A program made the translations under genes and the position numbers. 64,000 nucleotides of DNA. Source: Acidobacteriota bacterium (GTDB lineage: Bacteria; Acidobacteriota; Terriglobia; Versatilivoradales; Versatilivoraceae). A model generated the notes under the pieces. That model made no database searches, was not told the origin of the DNA, and saw only the letters and a list, made by a program, of their open reading frames with translations. Where the stretch lies: the NCBI GenBank assembly GCA_028875575.1, contig JAPPDF010000084.1, forward strand, positions 12,666 through 76,665, given 5' to 3'. The first letter of the stretch is position 1; every line of letters starts with the position of its first letter. Shown here piece after piece: positions 19,290-28,520 of the stretch.

Positions 19290-19420
19290 ACTTCGTCCCC
19301 TGCCTCTGCCCACGAATTTCGACTAACGCTTACCTCTGGAAATTCTAGGGCGCGTCCGGCGTCAAAGTCAAAATAGCCAACTCCACCAGAGCCCCACGCC
19401 GCCGCTTCGCGGCTTACGGG

Positions 19421-19446
19421 AACTCCCGGGCTGCAGCCCGGGAGTT
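19421..19446. repeat. Perfect 26-bp palindrome in long intergenic region
   Basis: aactcccgggctgcagcccgggagtt. The same region holds the direct repeat gagctgcgaagctgcgg twice and a second hairpin, ccccgggtggcaacccgggg. Confidence 0.6.
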
Positions 19447-19731
19447 ATCTGCTAAAAAATCCTGTCCCCCAAAAGTGTCGTGGGTTTGGGGAGAGCTGCG
19501 AAGCTGCGGTTGACGTGGGTTACCTGGCGAGACGCCACCTACGGGCCATCCTTATAGAGCTGCGAAGCTGCGGCTCAGGGTAGCCCCGGGTGGCAACCCG
19601 GGGTCGTTTCGGTTCCGCGCCAACCCAGCCGCGAATGCGGCGAATAGAAAGCACCCGTTCGCGAACCCACAACCTCTCCAGAACGCCGCCACCTGCGCGG
19701 TCCCTCCATACAGCCGCCTCCACCGCCACGC

Positions 19732-19761
19732 TTGACGGTCTTTCCCCGCCAGGTCTATGAT
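19732..19761 (+). promoter_or_regulatory. Putative sigma70-type promoter of uvrA
   Basis: TTGACG-N18-TATGAT lies about 45 bp upstream of the uvrA ATG. Confidence 0.4.
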
Positions 19762-19806
19762 GGCAGGTTTCGGTAATCCCCCTGTTTCACTCCTGGGTCG
19801 AGCGCG

Positions 19807-22617
19807 ATGGGTCTAGACAGCATTGTCGTCCGGGGAGCCCGGCAGCACAACCTGAAAAACATCACGGTCGAGATTCCCCACCGCCGGCTGACGGTGATCA
19901 CCGGCCTGAGCGGATCCGGCAAGTCGAGTCTTGCCTTCGACACCATTTACGCCGAAGGCCAACGCCGCTACGTCGAATCGCTGTCCGCCTATGCCCGTCA
20001 GTTCCTGGATCAGATGGAACGGCCCGACGTGGATTCCATCGAGGGACTCAGCCCGGCCATTTCCATCGAGCAGAAGACCACCAGCCGCAGCCCCCGTTCA
20101 ACCGTAGGCACCATCACCGAGGTCTACGACTATCTCCGTCTCCTTTACTCCTCCATCGGGGTCCCCCACTGCCACCGGTGCGGCCGATTGGTCGCCCGCC
20201 AGTCGATTCGGCAGATTCTGGAGCGGATTCAGGAACTTCCCCCGGGAGAACGCATCATGGTGCTGGCCCCGGTGGTGCGCGGCCGCAAGGGGGAATACCG
20301 TCAGTTCCTGGAGGACCTGTCCGGCCAGGGATTTGTCCGGGCCCGGATCGATGGCCGGCTGAGGCAGTTGGATGAGGATATTCAACTGGAGAGGCACAAG
20401 AACCATACCATCGAGGTTGTGGTGGACCGGCTCCTGATCAAGCCCGGCATCGAGCGGCGGGTAGAGAGCGCGATTCAGACGGCCATGAAGTTGACCCGGG
20501 GCATCGTGTTGATTGCGGTGGTCAACGGCCAGGAGCATCTCTACTCGGAGAAGCTGGCTTGCGTCGACTGCGGCATTTCGATCCCGGCGGTCGAGCCCAG
20601 GACCTTCTCCTTCAACAGCCGCTATGGAGCCTGCCCGAGCTGTTCGGGTCTGGGCACCCGTTTGGAGCTGGATCCGGTCAAGATTGTTCCGGACCCATCC
20701 AGGTCGCTGCTCAACGGGGGATTGGCTCCCTGGAGCAACGGTTTGCCGGCTAAGCCGAGGCGATTTCTCAAGGGAATCGCCTCCCATTTCAAGGTGGATA
20801 TGAGCCTGCCCTACCAGAGCCTGCCGTCCAAGGTACGCACCGCCATCTGGAATGGCGTCGGCGGCTCGCACGCTCTGGACGCGGGCATGCTGCAGCAGCT
20901 CAAGGAGTGGGGCTACCACGAGGAGGCCGATGCGACCCGGCTGAGAGCCTTTCTGACCCCCAGGCCCTGCTCGCCCTGCGGGGGGCGGCGACTGCGGCCC
21001 GAGAGCCTGGCCATCAAGGTGGCCGGCCATTCCATTGCGGACCTGACTGCTTTTCCCCTGGGAACGACGCTGCAAGTGATCAGGAATCTCAAGCTGACCC
21101 CCCGGGAAGAAACCGTGGCCGGCCGGGTCGTTCAAGAAGTAATCGACCGCATCGAGTTCCTGTGCGCGGTGGGCCTGGAATATCTGAGTCTCGACCGTTC
21201 CGCCTCGACCCTTTCCGGAGGAGAAGCTCAGAGAATCCGGCTGGCTACCCAGATCGGATCCAGGCTTCGAGGGGTGCTCTACGTCCTGGACGAGCCCTCC
21301 ATCGGCTTGCACCATCGCGACAACCGGCGCCTGCTGAAAATGCTGCAGCAGCTCAGAGACCTGGGCAATACGGTGCTGGTGGTCGAGCATGACGAGGACA
21401 CCATCCGGAGGGCCGATTTCGTGGTCGATCTGGGCGCTGGAGCCGGCAAGGCCGGAGGCGATCTGATTGCCAAGGGCACTGCCGCGGAGATATCGCACAA
21501 TCCTCGTTCCCTGACCGGGCGCTACATTTCAGGAGAACTGGAGATTCCGGTTCCCGACCGCCGGCGCAAGGGTGACGGCAAGGCCGTGGTGGTCCGGGGT
21601 GCCCGCCATAACAACCTCAAGGGAATCAACGTGCGCTTTCCCCTGGGTTTGTTTACGGTAGTCTCTGGAGTCTCCGGTTCCGGCAAATCCTCTCTGGTCA
21701 ATGACATCCTCTACTGCGCCCTGGCCAGGCGGCTGTACGGATCGCTGGCCGAGCCGGGCCGGCACCGGAGTCTTTCCGGCGCCGCTCTGATTGACAAGGT
21801 CATCGAGATTGACCAACAACCCATCGGCCGGTCACCCCGCTCGAATCCCGCCACTTATACCGGCCTGTTTACAGCCATCCGAGAGCTCTACGCCTCGCTG
21901 CCGGAATCACGCGAGCGCGGCTACAAACCGGGCCGCTTCAGCTTCAACGTCAAGGGAGGGCGCTGCGAGGCTTGCCAGGGGGACGGGTTGAGACGCATCG
22001 AGATGAGCTTTCTTCCCGATGTCTACGTCCAGTGCGACGTCTGCAGGGGCCGCCGCTACAACCGCGAGACCCTGACCGTTTGCTACAAGGGGCGCTCCAT
22101 TGCCGATCTGCTGGAAAGCTCGGTGGACGAAGCGCTCGAAATCCTGGCCAACGTCCCCTCGATCCGCATGAAGCTTCAGACGCTGAGCGAGGTCGGGCTG
22201 GGGTATGTCCATCTGGGACAGTCGGCGACCACCCTGTCCGGAGGCGAGGCCCAGAGGATCAAGCTGGCTCGGGAGCTGAGTCGCCGGGCGACGGGGCGGA
22301 CCCTCTACATCCTGGACGAACCCACCACGGGCCTGCATTTCGAGGATGTCAAGAGGCTCCTGGAGGTGCTCCACCGCTTGACCGATCGGGGAAACACCGT
22401 GATCGTCATCGAGCACCAGATCGACGTAATCAAGACGGCTGACTGGATCATAGACCTGGGTCCGGAGGGTGGCGAAAAGGGCGGACGGATCGTAGCCCAG
22501 GGGACTCCGGAAGAGGTGGCTCGGGTTCCCGGCTCCCATACCGGCCAGGCGCTGGCGCCGCTGCTGGTGCCGGCCGGTCTCAAGGCGGCCGAGGCCCCTT
22601 CGGCGTATCTGCACTAG
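19807..22617 (+). CDS. uvrA: Excinuclease ABC subunit A
   Basis: 936 aa. Two ABC ATPase modules ([28 protein letters not shown]), zinc-finger cysteines, LSGGEAQRI signature. Confidence 0.95.
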   Translation: MGLDSIVVRGARQHNLKNITVEIPHRRLTVITGLSGSGKSSLAFDTIYAEGQRRYVESLSAYARQFLDQMERPDVDSIEGLSPAISIEQKTTSRSPRSTVGTITEVYDYLRLLYSSIGVPHCHRCGRLVARQSIRQILERIQELPPGERIMVLAPVVRGRKGEYRQFLEDLSGQGFVRARIDGRLRQLDEDIQLERHKNHTIEVVVDRLLIKPGIERRVESAIQTAMKLTRGIVLIAVVNGQEHLYSEKLACVDCGISIPAVEPRTFSFNSRYGACPSCSGLGTRLELDPVKIVPDPSRSLLNGGLAPWSNGLPAKPRRFLKGIASHFKVDMSLPYQSLPSKVRTAIWNGVGGSHALDAGMLQQLKEWGYHEEADATRLRAFLTPRPCSPCGGRRLRPESLAIKVAGHSIADLTAFPLGTTLQVIRNLKLTPREETVAGRVVQEVIDRIEFLCAVGLEYLSLDRSASTLSGGEAQRIRLATQIGSRLRGVLYVLDEPSIGLHHRDNRRLLKMLQQLRDLGNTVLVVEHDEDTIRRADFVVDLGAGAGKAGGDLIAKGTAAEISHNPRSLTGRYISGELEIPVPDRRRKGDGKAVVVRGARHNNLKGINVRFPLGLFTVVSGVSGSGKSSLVNDILYCALARRLYGSLAEPGRHRSLSGAALIDKVIEIDQQPIGRSPRSNPATYTGLFTAIRELYASLPESRERGYKPGRFSFNVKGGRCEACQGDGLRRIEMSFLPDVYVQCDVCRGRRYNRETLTVCYKGRSIADLLESSVDEALEILANVPSIRMKLQTLSEVGLGYVHLGQSATTLSGGEAQRIKLARELSRRATGRTLYILDEPTTGLHFEDVKRLLEVLHRLTDRGNTVIVIEHQIDVIKTADWIIDLGPEGGEKGGRIVAQGTPEEVARVPGSHTGQALAPLLVPAGLKAAEAPSAYLH

Positions 22618-22860
22618 CCCGCATTTCTCACCAGGGGGCGTGATGATGGCGCAGGCCTTTTCCCCTCAGCGCGTGCTCGGGAGCGAAGAGCGTAGCGGTC
22701 ACTACGGTCGAGCGAGCATGGATGCGCTGAGGGGAAAAGGACAAGCCAGGGCACGCCCAGCGCCGTGTGTAACCGCAAGACGTACCAATCAGACCGATGA
22801 GGTGCTGAAAATAGATGGACTTTCCTCTATGAATCGAGCGGCCTGGTGAGAAATGCGGGC
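22617..22860 (+). mobile_element. MITE copy 1 (244 bp, IS630/Tc1-mariner-like, TA target duplication)
   Basis: TIRs gcccgcatttctcaccagg ... cctggtgagaaatgcgggc, flanked by TA on both sides, inserted in CTAG. The uvrA TAG stop equals the TA plus the first G of the TIR. Internal long imperfect hairpin. Confidence 0.85.
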
Positions 22861-22881
22861 TAGGCGAGCAGGACCGTCCAA

Positions 22882-22945
22882 CAAGGAAAAGAGTGATCCA
22901 CGAAGGGGCACGAAGGACCGCGAAGGGACACGAAGAAGGACTTGA
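22882..22945 (+). repeat. CACGAAGG-unit short interspersed repeat, copy C
   Basis: aaaagagtgatccacgaaggggcacgaaggaccgcgaagggacacgaagaagg, with roughly 10-bp periodic units. Confidence 0.7.
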
Positions 22946-23255
22946 TGATTCCCTTACTGCGAGCGTTCAGGCACGAATTCCGCCAAGCCGTCAAGGGGCA
23001 CGGGGGCCTCCCCTCCCTTGACACGTTCCTGGTGGGGGAACATAATTCGCTGCCCAAGCACCATCCGGAGAGAACCCAGATTCGCACCCGACACCAGGGA
23101 GAGTCGTTCACGAGGGCAAGCGCCAGCACCTTGAAGGAGTACACGGTGGAGGAGTCCCTGAAGACTATCCGGGAGGGAAGTGGGTTGCCGGTTGGGGCTG
23201 TGGCTCTGATCGATTAGTTTGGACCCTTCCCCGCAGCCGAGAAAGGACCCCCGGA

Positions 23256-23582
23256 ATGATCTACGAACTCAGAATCTACCGCTTTCACCCGGGGCGCAAG
23301 CCCACCTTCCTGAGGCACTTCAAGGTGGCTCGAACCTTTATGGAGAAGTACGGTGTCACTTTTGTCACGGCCTGGGAGAACGTGGAACGGGAGGACGAGT
23401 TCATCTGGATGCGTTCCTTCTCTTCCCTGAAACAGCGCCAGAAGGCCATCGACGCCTACTACGGCAGCCCGGAGTGGCTCGAGATCGTGGGCAAGATACG
23501 ACCCACCATCAGGCGGCGGGAAGTGCGTCTCATGAAGGCCCGCCCGGGGTCTCAGTTGCCTATTCCTGAGACAGGACACTAA
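23256..23582 (+). CDS. NIPSNAP family protein
   Basis: 108 aa MIYELRIYRFHPGRKPTFLRHFK...AWENVEREDEFIWMRSF, a dimeric alpha/beta-barrel NIPSNAP-like pattern. AAAGGA RBS. Confidence 0.6.
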   Translation: MIYELRIYRFHPGRKPTFLRHFKVARTFMEKYGVTFVTAWENVEREDEFIWMRSFSSLKQRQKAIDAYYGSPEWLEIVGKIRPTIRRREVRLMKARPGSQLPIPETGH

Positions 23583-23624
23583 TTGACACCCGTCCGACAC
23601 CGGACCCACAGGAGGTTTCGCTAA

Positions 23625-24701
23625 ATGAAGCTGGGAACTTTCATGATGCCGCTACATCCTCCGGAGAAATCCCGGACCGAGTGCTTCCAGGAGGACGTGG
23701 AGTACGTTCTTCTGTCCGAAGCCCTGGGTTTCACCGAGGCCTGGATCGGCCAGCACCACACGCTGGCCTGGGAACCCATTCCCTCCAACGATCTGTTCAT
23801 CGCCCATATTCTGCCTCTCACCAGCAAGATCCGGTTGGGCACCGGGGTTTCGATCATTCCCCAGCATCACCCCGCCAACATCGCCATCCGCCTATCGATG
23901 CTGGATCATCTCTCGAAGGGGCGGATCAATTGCGGCTTCGGTCAGGGAGGCGTGCCCACAGACTGGGAACTGTTCGACCTGCCGGACCCCCAGACCCAGG
24001 GCCTGATGACGCTCGAGGGCATCGACATGATCCTCAAGCTGTGGCAGACGGAGGTCCCCTTCGACTTTCAGGGGAAGTTCTGGCGTATCAGGATTCAGAG
24101 CCCCAGGCAGGAGTTGGGGATCGGGACCATTCTGCAGCCCTACCAGAAACCCCACCCCCCCATCGGGATGAGCATCGTGAGAGGAGACTCCCGGGCTGCC
24201 TTCATGGCCGGTCAGCGCGGTTATCTCCCACTCAGCACCAACCTGATACCGGACTCTACGGCGGCTCAGCACTGGCATCACTACTGCCGGGGCGCCGAAG
24301 ACGCCGGCCAGCCACCTCCCAGCCGCGCTCTCTGGAGAGTGTCCCGCAGCGTCTACGTAGGCGAGTCCAAGGACGAAGCCTGGGATCACCTCATGAACGG
24401 CAATGTGGCCCGCTCATTCGAGTACCTCTTGGGGCTCTTGAAGTCGGCCAAGATGCTTCATCTGGCCAAGCACGATCCCGAGGTGCCCGACGAGGAGGTG
24501 ACTCCGGAATATGCCGTGAAGCACCTCTGCATTATGGGCAACGTCAAGGATTGCATTCGGCAGTTGGAGGAGGTATGGGAGGTGACGGGCGGGTTCGGAA
24601 CCTTGCTGATGACCTCCAAGGACTGGGACGACAAGGACAAGTGGCACCGTTCCATGAAGCTGCTGGCCGAAGAAGTGGTTCCGGCTATGCCCAGTATCTG
24701 A
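23625..24701 (+). CDS. LLM-class flavin-dependent oxidoreductase (luciferase-like monooxygenase)
   Basis: 358 aa MKLGTFMMPLHPP...AWIGQHHT..., the bacterial luciferase-like TIM-barrel signature. AGGAGG RBS. Confidence 0.85.
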   Translation: MKLGTFMMPLHPPEKSRTECFQEDVEYVLLSEALGFTEAWIGQHHTLAWEPIPSNDLFIAHILPLTSKIRLGTGVSIIPQHHPANIAIRLSMLDHLSKGRINCGFGQGGVPTDWELFDLPDPQTQGLMTLEGIDMILKLWQTEVPFDFQGKFWRIRIQSPRQELGIGTILQPYQKPHPPIGMSIVRGDSRAAFMAGQRGYLPLSTNLIPDSTAAQHWHHYCRGAEDAGQPPPSRALWRVSRSVYVGESKDEAWDHLMNGNVARSFEYLLGLLKSAKMLHLAKHDPEVPDEEVTPEYAVKHLCIMGNVKDCIRQLEEVWEVTGGFGTLLMTSKDWDDKDKWHRSMKLLAEEVVPAMPSI

Positions 24702-24758
24702 GGAAGTGGCATTCCCCTTCGCCCCGGTGAAAAATGGAGGCCGGCAGGTTCTTTCTTA

Positions 24759-24817
24759 AGTTTTTCTTCGTGGTCCTTCGTCGTTCTTCGTGTCCCTTCG
24801 TGGATGTCTTTCTTTGC
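24759..24817 (-). repeat. CACGAAGG-unit short interspersed repeat, copy D (reverse orientation)
   Basis: The reverse complement reads catccacgaagggacacgaagaacgacgaaggaccacgaagaaaaac. Confidence 0.7.
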
Positions 24818-24846
24818 ACTGCCTGCCGTTCTGAGACTCGACACTA

Positions 24847-25090
24847 GCCCGCATTTCTCACCAGGGGGCGTGATCATGGCGCAGGCATTTTCCCCTCAGC
24901 GCGTGCTCGGGAGCGAAGAGCGTAGCCGTCACTACGGTCGAGCGAGCATGGATGCGCTGAGGGGAAAAGGCCAAGCCAGGGCATGCCCAGCGCCGTGTGT
25001 AACCGCAAGACGTACCAATCAGACCGATGAGGTGCTGAAAATAGATGGACTTTCATCTATGAATCGAGCGGCCTGGCGAGAAATGCGGGC
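24847..25090 (+). mobile_element. MITE copy 2 (244 bp, same orientation as copy 1)
   Basis: About 97% identical to copy 1. TA flanks, inserted in CTAG. The stop codon of the minus-strand aminotransferase gene (CTA on the plus strand) is the last TIR base plus the TA. Confidence 0.85.
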
Positions 25091-26454
25091 TAGACCAGCC
25101 GCCGAAAACCCGACTGCTTGACGGGGCATTCCAGGTACTTGACCGGATCGCCCTCGTCCACCGCCTTGCCCACTACGACCAGGGCTTCGCCAATCCTCTC
25201 CAGGGCCAAATCCAGGTCCTCCTGCGAGTGCTGCATGCAGAACATGAAGCCCGGCCCGCCAATCACACCTCTCTTGGCGGTTTCCTGCAGGTAAAGGGTG
25301 GACGCGGCGGCGTTCTGCTCGGCAGGAACCCCTTCAAAGACCATGGCGGGGAAGGAGGGTAGTCCAATCACCCGGAAGGAGAGCCCCAGCTCCCCGAAAA
25401 TCCCCCTCAGGCCCTTCATGAAGCTGAGGCCGATGTCCTGGATGATCGCACTGACGTTTCGGGCGCGGTACTCCTGCAGGGTGGCCTTGCAGGCTGCCAG
25501 GCCGGTGGCTTCGGCCCAGTAGACGCTGCTGATGAAAGAGTCCAGAGCCACCTGCATGATCTCCCTTTTGCCTACCACGGCGCCCAGGGCAAAGCCGTTT
25601 GAAATGCACTTGGCGAAGGTGGCCAAATCGGGGACGACCCCGTAGTACTCCTGGGCGCCGCCCAGAGCGGTGCGGAATCCCGTGACCACCTCGTCGAAGA
25701 TCAGAACCACTCCGTGGTCCCGAGTGAGTTGGCGCACTCCCTCCAGGTAGCCGGGGTCGGGGGTGTAGGTGCGAGCCGCCTCCATGATCACGCAGGCCAC
25801 CTCACCCCGGTTCTCCTCCAGCAGGTTTCGGAGCGAGTCCAGATTGTTGTATTCAAAGGCCAGGGTGGTGTCCATCAGACCCTTGGGAACTCCCAGAGGG
25901 GTAATCCCGTGCATCAGGTGTTTTTCCAGAGCCGCGCCTGGAGCCAGATTGGCCGACAGGTACCAGTCATGCCAGCCGTGATAGCCGCAAAAGGCCACCT
26001 TGTCCCTGCCGGTAGCCGCCCGGGCGATGCGGACGGCAACCATGTCGGACTCGCCGCCGCCCTTGCAGAAGCGCACCATTTCGGCACAGGGAACGATCTC
26101 GGCCAACAGTTCGGCGGCCTCGATCTCCAGGGGGTGATTGACGGTCAACCCGGTACCCCTGGCGGCCTGCTCCTGGACGGCCCGGACCACGCTGGGAAAG
26201 GCATGTCCCAGAAGGACCGATCCGGCGCCGAGGTTGAAGTCGAGGTACTCGTTGCCGTCCACGTCCCATAGCCGGCAGCCCTGCTGGCGGTGGCTGTAGA
26301 CGGGCGAGATCCCCTGCGCGTGCAGTTCGGCCCGCCTTCCGAACAGGTGGGTGCGGCCGGCGATCAGATTGTCGGCCCTCCGATAGAGCCGGGTGGATTC
26401 GGGGACTCGGGTCCCGCGGGTCAGCGTGTCTGAGCCCTGCATTGGTGGATTCAT
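25090..26454 (-). CDS. Class III aminotransferase (glutamate-1-semialdehyde 2,1-aminomutase-like)
   Basis: 454 aa. The PLP-dependent AT-III pattern is present (FDEVVTGFR, lysine region AKCISNGFALG). Confidence 0.85.
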   Translation of the reverse strand: MNPPMQGSDTLTRGTRVPESTRLYRRADNLIAGRTHLFGRRAELHAQGISPVYSHRQQGCRLWDVDGNEYLDFNLGAGSVLLGHAFPSVVRAVQEQAARGTGLTVNHPLEIEAAELLAEIVPCAEMVRFCKGGGESDMVAVRIARAATGRDKVAFCGYHGWHDWYLSANLAPGAALEKHLMHGITPLGVPKGLMDTTLAFEYNNLDSLRNLLEENRGEVACVIMEAARTYTPDPGYLEGVRQLTRDHGVVLIFDEVVTGFRTALGGAQEYYGVVPDLATFAKCISNGFALGAVVGKREIMQVALDSFISSVYWAEATGLAACKATLQEYRARNVSAIIQDIGLSFMKGLRGIFGELGLSFRVIGLPSFPAMVFEGVPAEQNAAASTLYLQETAKRGVIGGPGFMFCMQHSQEDLDLALERIGEALVVVGKAVDEGDPVKYLECPVKQSGFRRLV

Positions 26455-26724
26455 CGGTTCACCCCTTCTCTTGATTCCGCGGCAAAGGATTATATAAATG
26501 TTCGTTACGTGATAGATTCTTATTTCCGGGCATTGCGCCGAACGGCCCCAGTGGGATCTTCCGGTGGCTGGTCCGGGAAATGGAGTGTTAGCGCCGGCCC
26601 GAGTTTATCATTGGTGCGCGATCATGGCCCGGCCTCGCTTCCCGCGCTCGCCCCGATAGTGTCGACTCCGGCGGCGAATGCAACCGAACCGCGTCCGACG
26701 TGATTTCAGGGAAAGGTCTTGACA

Positions 26725-27072
26725 ATGAGCAGATCGAATCAGTTGCGGTGGAGCCCGAATTCCAAAATGGCTGGAAGGACTTCCCCGATGTCCGAAAGAG
26801 ATGCTGCCAACGCGTTTGACCCACGCAATCCAAGGCGGTCACCCTCGAGACCGCGTCCGGCTTGGTGGGTGCTCCTGACCCTCTATTGGCTTCTGTTCCC
26901 GCCGCCGACCTACGCCTACATCGATCCAGGGACAGGCAGCTACATTCTTCAGGTCGTGATCGCGGGCCTGTTGGGAGCCCTGGTTTCCCTCAGGATTTAT
27001 TGGGCAAGGATCAAGGCCTTCTTAAAGGGAAACCCGCCATTGGGCGGAAACGATCCGGACAAGCATGAATGA
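26725..27072 (+). CDS. Small two-TM membrane protein (hypothetical)
   Basis: Arg/Pro-rich N-terminus, then WWVLLTLYWLLFPPPTYAYIDPGTGSYILQVVIAGLLGALVSL. Its stop overlaps the start of the downstream methyltransferase. Confidence 0.4.
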   Translation: MSRSNQLRWSPNSKMAGRTSPMSERDAANAFDPRNPRRSPSRPRPAWWVLLTLYWLLFPPPTYAYIDPGTGSYILQVVIAGLLGALVSLRIYWARIKAFLKGNPPLGGNDPDKHE

Positions 27073-28456
27073 TTCGATCGAGGGTCTGCCGTCCTCCTTT
27101 CGCGACCCCAGTGGATTTCTGTTTCTCGATAGGGGTGTGCTCTACCGCCAGGTCAATCGCAGTTATCGGGAACATTTCGAGCACTTCGTGGACTCGGGGC
27201 TCTGTTCGAGACTGGTCGATGCAGGGCTCCTGGTGGCTCATGAGGAGGTGGACTTGCCACCAGCGGAGTCGCCGGAAGGTTTCAAGATTCTCAGGCCGGA
27301 TCCGTTACCCTTCATCTCCTATCCCTTCGAGTGGAGCTTCAGCCAGCTCCAGGATGCTGCCCTGGCCACACTGGCGATCCAAAAGCAAAGCCTGGACCAT
27401 GGCATGTCCCTCAAGGACGGCACCGCCTACAATATCCAGTTCCGCAATGGGAAACCCCTGTTTATCGACACCTTGTCCTTTGAAAGGTACTCGGAAGGCC
27501 GGCCCTGGACAGCCTATCGCCAATTCTGCCAGCATTTCCTGGCGCCCTTGGCCCTGGCGAGCTACTCCGATATTCGACTCAGCCAGTTGCTCCGGATTCA
27601 CCTGGACGGTGTTCCCTTGGACCTGGCCAGTCGACTGTTGCCCGTTCGCACCCGATTCCGGTTTTCCCTGCTGACCCACCTCCATCTTCATGCCAAGGCC
27701 CAGACGCACTTTGCCGACAAGCCGGAACGCCCAGTCCGCCGGTCCGTCAGCCGCAGGGCGCTGCAGGGCTTGATCGAGAACCTGGAATCCTGCGTGGCGG
27801 CGCTCAATTGGAAGCCGCCCCAACAGGAATGGGCCTCCTACTATGAAGACACCAATTACACCAGTGAGGCCTTTCGCCACAAGGAGCAACTGGTGGGCGA
27901 GTATCTGGACCGAATCACCCCCAAACCCGACATGGTTTGGGACCTGGGCGCCAACACGGGACTGTTCAGTCGTCTGGCCGCAAGCCGCGGGATGACCACT
28001 ATCGCCTTCGATCAGGATCCCGCCTGCGTTGAGCGAAATTACCGGGTCTGCCGGCAGGAAGGGGATACCAACATCCTGCCTCTTTGGGTCGACTTGACCA
28101 ATCCCAGTCCCAACCTGGGTTGGCACGGCCGTGAACGAATGTCCCTGTTGGAACGAGGCTCCCCGGACGCCGTCCTGGCCCTGGCTCTGATCCACCACCT
28201 GGCCATTGCCAACAACCTGCCTCTGTCCCGTCTGGCCGGCTTTTTCGGTGAACTGTGCCGCTCGCTGATCATTGAGTTCGTCCCCAAGACCGACTCGCAG
28301 GTGCAACGGCTGCTGGCTTCGAGGGAGGACATCTTTCCAAGCTACACCCGGGAGGCCTTCGAGCAGGCCTTCAGACGCTATTTCGAAATCAGAGAGGTCA
28401 GCAAGATCCGACAAACCGAGAGGACGCTGTATCGCATGGAGAGAAAACCACTGTGA
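27065..28456 (+). CDS. Class I SAM-dependent methyltransferase with large N-terminal domain
   Basis: 463 aa. Motif I is VWDLGANTGLFSRLAA. Translationally coupled to the upstream small ORF. Converges on the sulfatase-like operon. Confidence 0.7.
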   Translation: MNDSIEGLPSSFRDPSGFLFLDRGVLYRQVNRSYREHFEHFVDSGLCSRLVDAGLLVAHEEVDLPPAESPEGFKILRPDPLPFISYPFEWSFSQLQDAALATLAIQKQSLDHGMSLKDGTAYNIQFRNGKPLFIDTLSFERYSEGRPWTAYRQFCQHFLAPLALASYSDIRLSQLLRIHLDGVPLDLASRLLPVRTRFRFSLLTHLHLHAKAQTHFADKPERPVRRSVSRRALQGLIENLESCVAALNWKPPQQEWASYYEDTNYTSEAFRHKEQLVGEYLDRITPKPDMVWDLGANTGLFSRLAASRGMTTIAFDQDPACVERNYRVCRQEGDTNILPLWVDLTNPSPNLGWHGRERMSLLERGSPDAVLALALIHHLAIANNLPLSRLAGFFGELCRSLIIEFVPKTDSQVQRLLASREDIFPSYTREAFEQAFRRYFEIREVSKIRQTERTLYRMERKPL

Positions 28457-28520
28457 AAGAGCTGATGGTCCGGGGTGTGGACGAGCAAACCATGCACGTC
28501 CACGAGGCGATTCGGACTCG

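Noticed and set aside
20098-21498. 466-aa minus-strand ORF inside uvrA
   Set aside because: uvrA on the plus strand is unambiguous. The antisense ORF is an artifact.
22640-22849. 69-aa ORF inside MITE copy 1 (similar ORFs in copy 2)
   Set aside because: The corresponding frames in copies 3 and 4 carry many non-synonymous changes and different boundaries. No RBS is present. The element is better explained as non-coding.
22942-23217. 91-aa ORF between the CACGAAGG repeat and the NIPSNAP gene
   Set aside because: It has a possible RBS but no recognisable family and an odd composition. It is left as unsupported and only mentioned under the cargo finding.
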